From: a virus
Virus record (IMG/VR): IMGVR_UViG_3300017750_000002
Location: 6,396 to 70,395 of that record
Direction: 5' to 3' (one strand)
DNA: 64,000 nt
Shown: positions 1 through 11,089 of the stretch, piece by piece
How positions within the stretch are numbered: position 1 is the stretch's first letter
How the letters are laid out: every line of letters starts with the position of its first letter
Translations under genes and position numbers: made by a program
Notes under the pieces: model-generated
Told to the model about the DNA's origin: nothing
What the model saw: the letters and a program-made list of their open reading frames with translations, nothing else
Databases searched by the model: none

Positions 1-2
1 GA

Positions 3-389
3 GTAAATACCACATTAACATTTACAGCGCACGAAGTTGCTCAAATGATAGCGGCGGGTGTTGATTCGACAGGTTTTGCTAAAAACCAAGCCTTTTCTGA
101 ATTAGTTATTTTAATGCCATCATTTGTTGATAGCAACTATGCGGCAAGAGCAGGAATAGATACAAATGATAGAAGTACGGGTGTTCTGATTCCACTGACA
201 TTTGGCTCAAGGGGTGGTGCAAATTCAAAAGATAATAAAGGTGTTCCCACTCCATTTTCAACATTTCCAGACACTTCAACTGATTTAGGACTCACAGGAT
301 TCGTTAGAAGTTTTACAACCAATTTTGAAGCAGAAGCATTTGATTTATCTTTTACTTTAGAATTTGAAGTTGCCAGCGTTGTTCCTTGA
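3..389 (+). CDS. Tail-region structural protein, 5'-truncated
   Basis: Frame is open from the window start. It lies upstream of LamG and tail genes. Confidence 0.55.
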   Translation, partial: VNTTLTFTAHEVAQMIAAGVDSTGFAKNQAFSELVILMPSFVDSNYAARAGIDTNDRSTGVLIPLTFGSRGGANSKDNKGVPTPFSTFPDTSTDLGLTGFVRSFTTNFEAEAFDLSFTLEFEVASVVP

Positions 390-398
390 GGTGATTAA

Positions 399-1538
399 AT
401 GTACGATGTATTAACAGGAAAACAAAGAGCATTAGTGTTCCCTGTTATGTGCAACGGATTTGTTAAGATTGATTACTCAGATAATGTTCCAAATTCAGCA
501 GATGATATTGGTTATGGTGTTTGGTCACATAGCGGTGACTTTACTTTTGAGGCTATTGTGACTCCTTATGATATTAACGGGGCTTCCGATTTAGAATTGG
601 ACGGAAGAACATTAACTGCATCAAAGAAAATTATGCCTAATAATGTAAATGAAAGCACCTTGACCAACTACCAAAGTAATCTATATTTATCTGGCTCAAA
701 TAGAGTTTCGCACGAAATGAGAATTTTTTCCAGCACTAATTTCTATATTTCTTTAAAAAATGGAACAGTTCGTACTCACAATCAACCAGCAGAATATCAT
801 ATTCTAGTTGGTATTAAATTGAGTAATGGGGCAGTTCAAGAATTTTTGACCACTGCTCCTGTTATTCTTCCAACTAATACAAGGTCTTGGGTTTATTCAA
901 GTATAGGTGAATTAACGGCTACTGGATTAAATGAGGAAGGAAGAGTAGAATATGAATTATGCACTGCTATACGGGGAAGTGGCTTTTCTTCGGGTAGTAA
1001 TGTCTTGCCAGTCACGACCTTTTCAACTGATGCCAACGCACCCGCACAAAGAGGTCAAGAACTCTTCGTCAGAAATGGCTTTACATACACCTCTATTGGC
1101 ACTGTGGCTAGCGTCAGTGCCTCGGCTAATACCCTCACGCTGTTTGCTAATTATGAAGGGGATTTGCCAAATACAACTCAAATTTTTAAGCGCACTTATC
1201 TCGACCCAACCTATGTTGAAAATTCATTTCATATCGCTTGCACCTATGATGAAACTGCTAAAGAATTAAATATCTACCTTAATGGTTTATTGGTTAAGAC
1301 TGGAACTCACGCACAGTCTGGCACATTTTCATTTGAGGATGAAGATTTATTTATTGGTGCAACGGGTGGTGGTGCAACAGGAGTAGATTCAGCATTTACA
1401 AATAAACAATTTATGGGGGAAATGCATGAGATGTGTTTAACATCTGTTATTCGTAGAAGGTTCCCATCTATTAATTCTTTGCATCCTAATTACAACGATA
1501 CATTATTTTACTTTAGATTTGAAGAGGTGGACTTATGA
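399..1538 (+). CDS. LamG/concanavalin-A-like domain virion protein
   Basis: HIACTYD...LNIYLNG...LFIG...FMGEMHE pattern typical of LamG domains, split by an inserted beta domain. Confidence 0.75.
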   Translation: MYDVLTGKQRALVFPVMCNGFVKIDYSDNVPNSADDIGYGVWSHSGDFTFEAIVTPYDINGASDLELDGRTLTASKKIMPNNVNESTLTNYQSNLYLSGSNRVSHEMRIFSSTNFYISLKNGTVRTHNQPAEYHILVGIKLSNGAVQEFLTTAPVILPTNTRSWVYSSIGELTATGLNEEGRVEYELCTAIRGSGFSSGSNVLPVTTFSTDANAPAQRGQELFVRNGFTYTSIGTVASVSASANTLTLFANYEGDLPNTTQIFKRTYLDPTYVENSFHIACTYDETAKELNIYLNGLLVKTGTHAQSGTFSFEDEDLFIGATGGGATGVDSAFTNKQFMGEMHEMCLTSVIRRRFPSINSLHPNYNDTLFYFRFEEVDL

Positions 1539-4500
1539 GTTTAGATTTATTCGCAACTGGCTCCACTAGCGCATATAATTTTGATGTGCCTACAAATCCC
1601 AAAATGACTACACAATCAACATTTAGTGCAGGAACGGATGTATTATATTCCGCTATATACACAGATGATAGCGAAGAAACTGTCATAAATGAAATAGTGA
1701 GTAGTGCTACATTACAAGCAGAATATGAAAATCTATCAGTAACAAAAGGATTCAACATTCATTGTTTCGATACTGTTTCTTCAGTGGGAAAGGACTTATC
1801 ATCCATAGCATCTACAATAGATGATTACTACTACTTTGTTTTAGTTCATTCCGACAACCATCTTAAACACCACTTTGCTAGAATTACAGAAATTAAAACG
1901 AGCGATGCATTAGGAGATTCTTTTGATTTTGAACCAAAGTTAGGAAACGAAATAGCACAAGGAACTAAGTTCAAGTTATTCAAAGGACCAGCAATTTCTT
2001 CTAAAGGGGTTGCTTTTTCAGCAGGTATTAAATTAGAATTGCAGAATACATTACAAGTGGCAAGACCCCACTTTTGGTTTGTTAATGATTCGTTAGATAA
2101 AAAGAATCAATTAGACCACAATACAAAATACTTTGCTAGAATGGAAAAATTTGGTGATGGTTCTAGCGTCACGATGGATGGTGCAGAAAAAGTCACATTT
2201 GTGACAGTTACAGATTATGCACAGAAAGTAATAGATTACAGTAAGTATTCTTTAAATGCTTCTATAACAGATGTTCTTAGAACTAAGGATGCAATAGCAA
2301 CTTATGTTAGCAACGAAGGTATTACATTAGCAACACAAAACGATGCTGATTATGATTTGTTTGCTCCTAATGCTGTAAGAGATACAGATGACAATGTGAC
2401 TTCAACAGGTGTTTATGTCACAAGAGGACCAAAAAGATATTTACATTATGATTATTCCCCGACCAAAAACAATTCTAATATTAATGTTATTGATTTAGAA
2501 GTTCAAGAATCTATTGGTGATAAAGCGAGTTATGTTGATTTACAAATCTCCGACCCTTATCGTATCCTATCAAAGAAAATAAACAACTATGATGCCTTGC
2601 GGATAAGGCAGATGATTCATAGAGGTGACTTTAATGATTGGGTTTCTTTCGGAGCAACGATAGATTCATTTACTTCTGAAAATGTTAGTAATCAATCTTT
2701 ATACGCTATCAAAACTTCTGTTGATTTAAGAGATTATATTAATGCTGGGGATGAAGTTTTGATTAACTCAAGAGTTATGATTGCTCTTGATATTTTTGCA
2801 TCCTCAATTAGATTTAGGAAATATAGTCGTTTGGAAACGGAAGCCTCTTTTTCCCATTCAACTTCTTTAACAAGTATTGCAGAAGACACAATAATTTACA
2901 GAAGAGCATGGAATACAACAGATGGTACTCTTTTGACAGGTATGAGAATGATTGATGGTAGGCAAGACAGTTTATCTGTTTCTTTAATCAGTAATGAGTT
3001 CTCCCAATTAGAAGCAACAGTCACTTCGTATGTTTCTCAAACTGGATTATTGACTATATCTCTATTTAATCAAGGTTATGATACTAAGACAGCATTAGAC
3101 AAAATGACTGGACAATATATGATTTACAATGAAAAACTGAATGGTAGGATTACAAACCTCAAACAAGAAAAGATTGATGGAGGGGCTACTGTTATGAGCA
3201 TTAATGGTGCTGATAAACTCAAAGAATTACTTGACCCAATTATAGAAAAAAATGCATTATTTTCAAAGGATATTGTATATTCAACGGACAGCCCATATAA
3301 CAAAGTCACAGCATTAGGAACAAACGCAACAACTGTCTTTACAAATAATACTTTAACTTTAAGCGGTAGCACTACATTAGTCACTGGGGATAAAATATTT
3401 GCTAAGACAAATAGCGGTTCAATGGTATATCTCGGAGAAGTGTCATCCGGTGGAACAGGAACTTCCTTTTCATTTACTACTACCTGTAAAGGGGAAGTTA
3501 GTGCTAAAGCGGCGTATAAAACATCAACTAAATATACTGTATTCAATAAAGCACTATCTTCTAATGCATTTGTTTCTTCTGCTACTAGTCTTTATGGTAC
3601 TGCAAATAAAGGTCTTTTCTTTGAAAGTGGCACTACATTAGTTAATGGAGAAGAAATTGTTTCTCTTCCACCATCTTCTATAAATACTACCAATCCAAAA
3701 TCAAGAGGATATTACTTAAGTGAAGCGAAGAACATAAAATCGGACAATCTTTTCCAAGCAAGGTTAGATGATAATGCTTCAAGTAAATCATATTCAACTT
3801 TCGACACAGTTAATACACTCATTGATTTTAACATTCTTTCCGTTCAAGAAGTCGAAGGAAACCAAGTTATTGAAATTGCTCCACACATTCCATTAACATT
3901 AGGAAGAGTTGATGTTAATTTTGCAAATACACAAGATACTACTTTAACTTCTTTGGGTACATTAACTGCGGCAGTTAGCGCAGGAGATAGATATGTTGTC
4001 ACCCAAACTACTACTGTTTTATCTACTGCCGTAGCCGCAAGAAACTTTCATGGAAAGCCATTATACATAGGAACAGCCTTTGTTGGAAAAATAGTTCAAG
4101 CCAATTATTTTGGAGGAAACACCAATATAAGAATTTATGTAGATAGGGACTTGTCTGCGGCTGATAATGGTTCAGCAATTTCTACTCTTGCTGGTGATTC
4201 TACCACCAATGAAACAAATAAATTAACACATGAACTTTCTTTATTAAATGGCGCACACTTACATGGTGGTAAAGTTATAGCACCATTACACCCAAGCAGA
4301 AGCGCATCTTCAAGTGATGATGGAGCCTACAATGTATTAGATTTTCCTACTTACTTTAATTCTGGAACCTTTGCCTTAACTTTATCAGATAGAGCAGGTA
4401 GCCAATATTATAGAATAATTAATATGGAAAAAGGAATTGTTAGCCACAATACACCAAAGAAGACCAACTATGCTGCATTTGCCGACCTTAATTATTATGA

Positions 4501-7500
4501 AAGCATAGTTGCAAAGATACCCTATTATGCTTCTACATATAAATTCAATCCAGCATTTTACATTGATAGTGGCATAGTCAATAACATAACCGGCGTAGAT
4601 AAAATGGATAATGTTGCAAGACCACATACCTTATTACAAACTAGAGGATATGTTCCGCCAAGTGGTTCTAAGTTCTTTGATACTTTAATTCATAAAGCAT
4701 CGGGCTCTTATGAAATATATCTTCTACCACCAGACCCATATACAAGCACAAGTGAATTAAAATCCCCGTATGTCACTCAAGATATTTTAAAACAACCTGA
4801 CCCAAAAGTCGCAAGAATGTTTTTGTTTGTTAATTCAGACCTAAGACCGTATTCTTCGACAAGAAAGGATAGCCTATTGTATTCTGGACAAACTAGAGAT
4901 ATTTCTAAATATAATATTTTAGCATTAACTGATGCTTCTGTGATTGAAAACTCGGATGCTAAGGACAATACAGGAGTAAATACAAAAACAATTTCCTTTA
5001 AAGATGGAAATTATTCTTCTTCATCTATTCTCTCTAGCGAAAAAACACTGTCTAGTTTAACTAGATTTGGAATGATGCGACTAACAGAACTTTGTTTTGA
5101 TTGGGCATTTAATCAATTTGACCCAGAAAATCCTCCCGATGGTAATAAAACCCTTCCTAGATTCTTTTATCCTCACTTGAATATAGATAACTTAGGAACA
5201 ATAGCGAGTATAAGCGGAAGCACAATCACAATGAGCGGTACTATTACAATCGCTAATGGCGACTACATTTTAGATGATGAAGGTAGATATATTGGGACTG
5301 TTGGCTCAAGTGCAACAGTTGGTTCAGATACAGTAATAACCACATCAGATGCCGCATATAAAACAAAGGGAAATGCATACTTCTCTGGTGCTGGATTAAA
5401 AGTCACTGTTGCTGATGATGAATTTAAATCACATCTTATGGGTCATGGTTCTACTGATACATTTGTTGCATTTGACAAAGAAATACATATGCTTAGAAGT
5501 GCAGTAATAAATCATGCAGAAAACGCTGGCGGTACGAGTGATGGATATGGTGGTAGTGGGGGTAGTGGTCATGCTAATACAGAAGAATTTAATACTAAAT
5601 ATGGCTCCACTTTAGGAAATGCTTCTAGTGATGCAACAAAACAACACAATACCTATGCACCTATTGATTTACACGCAGGTACTCCTTTAGGAAGTGTAAG
5701 CGATGTTGCTTCACATCATCCTTCTCATTTGCTAAAAATAATTGATGGTATTGGAACTTTTGGAGCAGGTGGAGCCGCCGCAAATAATCAACTTTATCTT
5801 AAATCTTGGCTGCCTGTATTCTTAGATAGATTTTCAATAGAAGATGGAAGTTCATTAGCGGCTTCGGGTATGGTAGGAGCACATATTACAGGCATTACAA
5901 AGTTTGAAGATAATACGGGAACAAAATTAAGTATTCTAGGCTACGCTCTAAATGAGAAATTTGCCAACAAAGAAACAAATGAATCTTCTTCTAACATTAC
6001 TTACTCAAGAACTGCCGATGGTGTAATGCTTGCATTTAAACCTAAACTAAAAGTAGTCACAGGTGATAATTATATTTCCACAGATAAAGCCATTGGTGCA
6101 TCGGATATTTATAGATATGGTTTTGAAGAAACTGGACAATATACATGGTTAAAATTTGTTGATTTAACAGGTACTTATTTAGCATCAACTCAAGGAGTTT
6201 ATAGTGAGGTTGATGGTACACAAGGAGATGTAGCCATGAATGCAACAAAGGGGCTAAACAATGTCAATCCTGCTATTTTGGCCTATGTTATTTCTCATGA
6301 AATAGACCACGCATATAATAACAGTGGCACAGGAAGGCATATTATCGTCACCGATAGAGCATTAACTTCTGACCATTTCCGTATTCTTCAACCTAATCAT
6401 ACTTGCACATATGATTTTAGCCCCAATAAAATACAATTAAATACGCTCTCTTCTGCATATACTAAAATGCCATATGAAGATAAAATGTATTCTAATATAA
6501 ACTCATATCAATTACAGAATGCTAAAGGGGATAGAGATTTAGAAGGAGATAATGAAGGAATTCTTTCTATGTATGTAGCAGTTGATATTGAAAACTTATC
6601 TTCCGATACCGAAACTATTGTGACTACTTCTTCCTTAGATACTTTATTAGAAAATAAAGATAGCAAATATTGTATTAGTGATGGTGATAGCGTATTTTCT
6701 AGTGAATTGACTTACACTAATATTTCTACTTACCAGAAATTTATTACTTTGTCTTCAATTAAAGAAACAAAGGGAGTTATTTCCGTTTCAGAAATAACTT
6801 CAATTACAGTTGGCGGAGAGTCACCGATTGATACTAATTCAAAAAGAGCCATGATTGGTTCTGTTGTTAGTATTTGTCAAGAAGCAGACGACCTCATAGA
6901 AGAATTACTTGAAGAACAAGACACACCATTTACTATTACAAAAGAAACCTATCCTCTTTTCGTTGCTCCTAACTTTGACGGCATCAGTATCTTTGAAGCA
7001 ATCAACTTCTTGTTAAGAAAGAAAGAACAGACTTTAACGCAAAAGAATGAAACCCTTGAAATAAAACCAAAGGACTCGTCTGGATTCTACAATGATTTAC
7101 TGATTAGTGATAATGGCGACATTAGAATATATGAATACGAAGTATTGGATAGTACCTTTGAAGAATACAATGAAATCATAGTCAATGGTAAATCCCACAA
7201 ATCTAAGAAACAAGACCTAAGAAGCGTAAAAAAGGTAGGAAGAAAAACACTCAAGGTATTTGAAAGAAAACTAACGACTCAAGAAGAAGTTGATACGAGA
7301 GCAAAGGAACTTCTTATTCTACATAAAAGCGACAATAAAAAACTTAGAATTAAAGTAGGACATAATAATATAAGCCAAATAAAGGTTGGTGATGTTGTTA
7401 ATGTTGAAGTTAAACAAGAAAATATTCCTAGAAACCAATATATTATTTTAGAAATTACTCACTTAATGACTGGCTTACTTGAATTAGAATTAGGAAAATA

Positions 7501-7774
7501 CAGTAAGCAGTTAGAAGATAGATTTTCCGAACTTACTGTTGATGTTGATACTGCTCAGACATTACAGAATACTAAAAATAATGAGCAATCAACTGCGCTT
7601 GGTTTCTTAGAAACTGTTAAAATTAAACCAATTAGACTATTAGTTCGCAAACGAGCAACAACGGGTTCAATAACACTTGGATTCACGACAGCATTAAATA
7701 CAGGAACAGCACCACTTGGATTCACAGGTGGGGCCACAATCACCTATACAGACTTAGTGGAGGAAGAATTTTGA
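1535..7774 (+). CDS. Large (2079 aa) tail/baseplate protein
   Basis: S/T/G-rich, beta-rich composition. The C-terminal region resembles tail hub/tip proteins (YNEIIVNG...IKVGDVVNV...YIILEITH...LELELG). Confidence 0.7.
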   Translation: MSLDLFATGSTSAYNFDVPTNPKMTTQSTFSAGTDVLYSAIYTDDSEETVINEIVSSATLQAEYENLSVTKGFNIHCFDTVSSVGKDLSSIASTIDDYYYFVLVHSDNHLKHHFARITEIKTSDALGDSFDFEPKLGNEIAQGTKFKLFKGPAISSKGVAFSAGIKLELQNTLQVARPHFWFVNDSLDKKNQLDHNTKYFARMEKFGDGSSVTMDGAEKVTFVTVTDYAQKVIDYSKYSLNASITDVLRTKDAIATYVSNEGITLATQNDADYDLFAPNAVRDTDDNVTSTGVYVTRGPKRYLHYDYSPTKNNSNINVIDLEVQESIGDKASYVDLQISDPYRILSKKINNYDALRIRQMIHRGDFNDWVSFGATIDSFTSENVSNQSLYAIKTSVDLRDYINAGDEVLINSRVMIALDIFASSIRFRKYSRLETEASFSHSTSLTSIAEDTIIYRRAWNTTDGTLLTGMRMIDGRQDSLSVSLISNEFSQLEATVTSYVSQTGLLTISLFNQGYDTKTALDKMTGQYMIYNEKLNGRITNLKQEKIDGGATVMSINGADKLKELLDPIIEKNALFSKDIVYSTDSPYNKVTALGTNATTVFTNNTLTLSGSTTLVTGDKIFAKTNSGSMVYLGEVSSGGTGTSFSFTTTCKGEVSAKAAYKTSTKYTVFNKALSSNAFVSSATSLYGTANKGLFFESGTTLVNGEEIVSLPPSSINTTNPKSRGYYLSEAKNIKSDNLFQARLDDNASSKSYSTFDTVNTLIDFNILSVQEVEGNQVIEIAPHIPLTLGRVDVNFANTQDTTLTSLGTLTAAVSAGDRYVVTQTTTVLSTAVAARNFHGKPLYIGTAFVGKIVQANYFGGNTNIRIYVDRDLSAADNGSAISTLAGDSTTNETNKLTHELSLLNGAHLHGGKVIAPLHPSRSASSSDDGAYNVLDFPTYFNSGTFALTLSDRAGSQYYRIINMEKGIVSHNTPKKTNYAAFADLNYYESIVAKIPYYASTYKFNPAFYIDSGIVNNITGVDKMDNVARPHTLLQTRGYVPPSGSKFFDTLIHKASGSYEIYLLPPDPYTSTSELKSPYVTQDILKQPDPKVARMFLFVNSDLRPYSSTRKDSLLYSGQTRDISKYNILALTDASVIENSDAKDNTGVNTKTISFKDGNYSSSSILSSEKTLSSLTRFGMMRLTELCFDWAFNQFDPENPPDGNKTLPRFFYPHLNIDNLGTIASISGSTITMSGTITIANGDYILDDEGRYIGTVGSSATVGSDTVITTSDAAYKTKGNAYFSGAGLKVTVADDEFKSHLMGHGSTDTFVAFDKEIHMLRSAVINHAENAGGTSDGYGGSGGSGHANTEEFNTKYGSTLGNASSDATKQHNTYAPIDLHAGTPLGSVSDVASHHPSHLLKIIDGIGTFGAGGAAANNQLYLKSWLPVFLDRFSIEDGSSLAASGMVGAHITGITKFEDNTGTKLSILGYALNEKFANKETNESSSNITYSRTADGVMLAFKPKLKVVTGDNYISTDKAIGASDIYRYGFEETGQYTWLKFVDLTGTYLASTQGVYSEVDGTQGDVAMNATKGLNNVNPAILAYVISHEIDHAYNNSGTGRHIIVTDRALTSDHFRILQPNHTCTYDFSPNKIQLNTLSSAYTKMPYEDKMYSNINSYQLQNAKGDRDLEGDNEGILSMYVAVDIENLSSDTETIVTTSSLDTLLENKDSKYCISDGDSVFSSELTYTNISTYQKFITLSSIKETKGVISVSEITSITVGGESPIDTNSKRAMIGSVVSICQEADDLIEELLEEQDTPFTITKETYPLFVAPNFDGISIFEAINFLLRKKEQTLTQKNETLEIKPKDSSGFYNDLLISDNGDIRIYEYEVLDSTFEEYNEIIVNGKSHKSKKQDLRSVKKVGRKTLKVFERKLTTQEEVDTRAKELLILHKSDNKKLRIKVGHNNISQIKVGDVVNVEVKQENIPRNQYIILEITHLMTGLLELELGKYSKQLEDRFSELTVDVDTAQTLQNTKNNEQSTALGFLETVKIKPIRLLVRKRATTGSITLGFTTALNTGTAPLGFTGGATITYTDLVEEEF

Positions 7775-8133
7775 TAACTGACCTATTACGAGATAAACTT
7801 GCGGCCTATATTTTAACTTTAGCAAATCACGCAAATGCAGAAGGTGATGTTGGATTAGGTGGTAATTCAACAAGTCCAGCCGCAACCACATTAGATGTTC
7901 CTTTAGGTGTCACTACTTCACAATATGTCGCAACACGCTCCGGCGACAATGTAGTTGAAATTAAAATAATGGTTGAAGGTGCAAACATTACAGGTAAAGT
8001 TATTCGTGAAGCAAGTTTCGGAGGAAACGATGGTTCAACTGATGAAATGTTATCAAGAGTAGCATTTGAAGGCGTTGGCCCCTTTGCGTCAAACGAACAA
8101 TTAGAAATATTTTTAATGTTAGAGGTGGAGTAA
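7771..8133 (+). CDS. Small tail/baseplate-associated protein
   Basis: MITDLLRD start, VGLG, IREASF and LSRV motifs resemble tail-collar/baseplate proteins; context agrees. Confidence 0.55.
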   Translation: MITDLLRDKLAAYILTLANHANAEGDVGLGGNSTSPAATTLDVPLGVTTSQYVATRSGDNVVEIKIMVEGANITGKVIREASFGGNDGSTDEMLSRVAFEGVGPFASNEQLEIFLMLEVE

Positions 8134-8134
8134 G

Positions 8135-9541
8135 ATGGTAGATACAGAAAACATACATAAAATTTCTCAAATGGGAACAGGTGGCTCTTTAGCAGTAATA
8201 ACAGATGAAGCGGACTTTCCGCACACAGGTTTAATTAAAGCATTAAATCAAATGTCTTCTGGAAACATTGTTGTTAAAACCGGTGCAGATTTTGACATTA
8301 ATCAAACTGGTGGTAATATAATAGTTGATGCAGGTAAAATATTAAGAAATGGAATGTATCATTCAGTAAATACCAAAACCTTTGCAGACACAGACCTTAG
8401 CACTTTAGATAAAGGCTATCATTTGCTAGTTGTTGCCGATGGAAGAGAAGTCGGTGAAACTGTAAATAATTTATATCTTAGAACACCAACAGCACCAAAT
8501 GTCGTGGCTGATTTTAAACTTGGCGATACTATCGTTGCTATGATTGAATATTCATCGGCTACTTCTGCGGGTAGTAGGTTAATTCAGTTCTTTACTACAA
8601 ATAAAGAAGAAAATGGTTTGAGCATCGCTTATGCTAGTTCTAATGTTTATACTGAGGTTGGTAGTATTACAGGAGATGCAGATAGTATTGATATTGTTTC
8701 TACTATTACAAATGCTGATATTAACATTACCCCAAATGGAAATGGTAAGATTGTTCTTGACGGTCTTAACTGGCCTATTGCTGATGGTGCGGCCAATACT
8801 CTTTTGAAAACGGATGGTGGTGCTGGATTATCCTTTATTGCTGGAGGAACAGGAATTACAATTGGTTCGGATATTGCAGTAGATGTATCTGATTTTATGT
8901 CTAACGGTGTTAATAATTATATATTAACTGCTACTGGTACTGACGGTTTTCAAGGAGAAACAGGTCTTCAATATGATAATAGTGATTTAAAAGTTGTTGG
9001 TGGATTACAAGTTGGCCCTGCTTTACAGTTCACAATTACTGAACATAATAGCGGCGATATTTATTTATCTAATACTGGGAATGATAAAACTATTGAAATA
9101 GCCGTAAAAAATGGTGGCGGAGCAAGTAAAAGAGCCGTCTTTACTGCTGATACTCATTCGGATGAAGTAATTCTTCTAGGTGTTGAAGAAATAATTATTG
9201 TTTCTTTATCCGATGAATCAACAGATTTGGCTACTGGAACAGGAAAGGCTTCATTTCATATGCCTTATGCTATGACATTATCTAAAGTTAAAGCAAGTGT
9301 AAATACTGCCCCCGTAGGAGCAACTATCATTGTTGATATAAATGAAAATGGAACAACTATTCTTTCTACTAAATTATCAATTGATGCTTCTGAAAACACT
9401 TCGGAAACTGCTGCAAGTGCGGCTGTAATAAGCGACACTAATTTAGCCGATAATTCTTTAATTACCTTTGATATAGACCAAGTAGGCGGTTCAACAAAAG
9501 GCAAAGGATTAAAAGTAACTTTATACGGAAAGAGGGTTTGA
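8135..9541 (+). CDS. Tail fibre/adhesin protein
   Basis: Gly-rich fibre-like segments (INITPNGNGKI, LKTDGGAGLSF) and a C-terminal beta-sandwich (FDIDQVGGSTKGKGLKVTL). Confidence 0.65.
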   Translation: MVDTENIHKISQMGTGGSLAVITDEADFPHTGLIKALNQMSSGNIVVKTGADFDINQTGGNIIVDAGKILRNGMYHSVNTKTFADTDLSTLDKGYHLLVVADGREVGETVNNLYLRTPTAPNVVADFKLGDTIVAMIEYSSATSAGSRLIQFFTTNKEENGLSIAYASSNVYTEVGSITGDADSIDIVSTITNADINITPNGNGKIVLDGLNWPIADGAANTLLKTDGGAGLSFIAGGTGITIGSDIAVDVSDFMSNGVNNYILTATGTDGFQGETGLQYDNSDLKVVGGLQVGPALQFTITEHNSGDIYLSNTGNDKTIEIAVKNGGGASKRAVFTADTHSDEVILLGVEEIIIVSLSDESTDLATGTGKASFHMPYAMTLSKVKASVNTAPVGATIIVDINENGTTILSTKLSIDASENTSETAASAAVISDTNLADNSLITFDIDQVGGSTKGKGLKVTLYGKRV

Positions 9542-9542
9542 T

Positions 9543-10004
9543 ATGGGAGTAATTATAATTAACCCTTATTCTCAAATAAGTGGAGCCAGCCCTAGCCCTC
9601 CTTCGGGTCTTTATAGTGAAGATAATGTAGGTAATGGTACGAGTAATTTTGGGGACAGTAAAGTTACCTTAACTGATTCTATTTATGGTGTTCAGCATGA
9701 TAGGGCGTTGGATGGGAAACCAATTGAAGTCCGAGCAGGTTTCACATCCACATTTGAGTTTAATGGACAAATGACAGGAACAGCCACTTCTATTTCTTGG
9801 ACAGTAAATACAATAGATAATTTTGCTGGATTAGTTACTGGGATAACCCCTAATACTGGAACAGCAATTAATTTTGCTCCTGTTTTTAGCATTAATCCTT
9901 CTGGAAATCCGGGAGATATGGCAATATTTGAAGTAGATTTTACAGCAGTAAATAGTGCCGGAAGTGGCAATGTTGTTTTTGATGTTGTTTTGATTTTGCC
10001 TTGA
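9543..10004 (+). CDS. Putative virion/tail accessory protein
   Basis: Directly follows the fibre gene; beta-rich sequence. Confidence 0.5.
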   Translation: MGVIIINPYSQISGASPSPPSGLYSEDNVGNGTSNFGDSKVTLTDSIYGVQHDRALDGKPIEVRAGFTSTFEFNGQMTGTATSISWTVNTIDNFAGLVTGITPNTGTAINFAPVFSINPSGNPGDMAIFEVDFTAVNSAGSGNVVFDVVLILP

Positions 10005-10018
10005 TTTATTAGAGTACA

Positions 10019-10129
10019 ATGATAACTAAAGAAAGATTATTAGATGTTGCAGTGATTCTTATTGGTGTTATTTATTTGATAGGGCTTTGGTGGGTTCCTG
10101 AATTGGTAGGTAATAGGTATAACTATTAA
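10019..10129 (+). CDS. 36-aa single-TM peptide (not in ORF track)
   Basis: Manual translation: MITKERLLDVAVILIGVIYLIGLWWVPELVGNRYNY. Confidence 0.4.
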   Translation: MITKERLLDVAVILIGVIYLIGLWWVPELVGNRYNY

Positions 10130-10155
10130 GCAAAAAAATTCAAAAATTTTTGCAT

Positions 10156-10190
10156 AAAAAAAGACGAGCCGACCCGTTAGGGCCGACCCG
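10156..10190 (-). terminator. Hairpin plus T-tract terminator at the convergent junction
   Basis: Minus strand reads CGGGTCGGCCC-TAAC-GGGTCGGCTCG followed by TCTTTTTTT. Confidence 0.7.
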
Positions 10191-10335
10191 CTATTTTAGT
10201 TTCTACACTCCAAATACCATTACACTCTCTACATTCCCAAAGTTTTGTTTGGTCACTTGAACCAACATAAAAACCCAAGATACGCTTCGCAAGCGTACTC
10301 TCTCCGCAATACTTACAAGTTTGTTTTAAACTCAT
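10177..10335 (-). CDS. Small Zn-ribbon protein (52 aa, not in ORF track)
   Basis: MSLKQTCKYCG...WECRECNG, with two CxxC pairs. Confidence 0.6.
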   Translation of the reverse strand: MSLKQTCKYCGESTLAKRILGFYVGSSDQTKLWECRECNGIWSVETKIAGRP

Positions 10336-10487
10336 TTTTGCTCGCCTTGATTATCTTCACCAAGTAGTCGAGCGATGTATTCTTCAACGCTTTTTTCAGT
10401 GATATTAGAACCACCAAATGCTGCAAAGAATAGCAACGATACTACAATTAAGAAAATAAACAGGCCAAACCATTCTGCGGTGGACAT
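10332..10487 (-). CDS. Small membrane protein (51 aa, not in ORF track)
   Basis: MSTAEWFGLFIFLIVVSLLFFAAFGG...; coupled to both neighbours by overlapping start/stop codons. Confidence 0.55.
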   Translation of the reverse strand: MSTAEWFGLFIFLIVVSLLFFAAFGGSNITEKSVEEYIARLLGEDNQGEQK

Positions 10488-11089
10488 TACCAATCAACTC
10501 CCAAATCTATAAATTCTTCCTTTTCAATTGAGAAGGCTTTTACAATGCCATTCTCTTTACCATATCCCCAAAGGTCATAGACCAATTGAGTATCTTTCAT
10601 ACAATATTCTACTACTTCGTCATATCTTCCCATTTTCCATAACTTAGGTGCATCTGCACTATCCATAAGTTTTGCATCATCCATAGTACATTTAACTAAG
10701 TTCTTTAGTTGGAATCTTTCTCCGTGTCCTTTGAGTAAATCCTTACTTGTGTCAATGTATTGTTTGTCATTCAAATACTTATGAATGCAATATATATCCA
10801 TTGAATCTCTCAAGATAGGTAAATCAAACGCTACAATATTATGTCCGAGTAATTGTCCACCCTTTTGAAAGTGTTCGTCTAAATCATACTTTAATTGTTG
10901 TAGTGATTTTACAATGTGTCCACTCTTTGCGAAAGAATCAACTGGCTCATCAACATAAACAGTTCCAGTATTTCCATCCCAAGTTGCAACTGTTGATACT
11001 TGAAACATGTGGGTATTACCAAAGCCGCCAATCTCATGTGACATGTTTTTTGTTTCAATATCCAGTGCTAAAACAGACATAGAAATCAC
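10487..11089 (-). CDS. DEDD/RNase H-like 3'-5' exonuclease
   Basis: LDIET, HNIVAFD and YCMKD motifs (ExoI-III). Confidence 0.85.
   Translation of the reverse strand: MISMSVLALDIETKNMSHEIGGFGNTHMFQVSTVATWDGNTGTVYVDEPVDSFAKSGHIVKSLQQLKYDLDEHFQKGGQLLGHNIVAFDLPILRDSMDIYCIHKYLNDKQYIDTSKDLLKGHGERFQLKNLVKCTMDDAKLMDSADAPKLWKMGRYDEVVEYCMKDTQLVYDLWGYGKENGIVKAFSIEKEEFIDLGVDW

Noticed and set aside
952-9970. Alternative-frame and antisense ORFs in the ORF track, here and across the window
   Set aside because: They are shadows of long coding genes, with no RBS or recognisable motifs.
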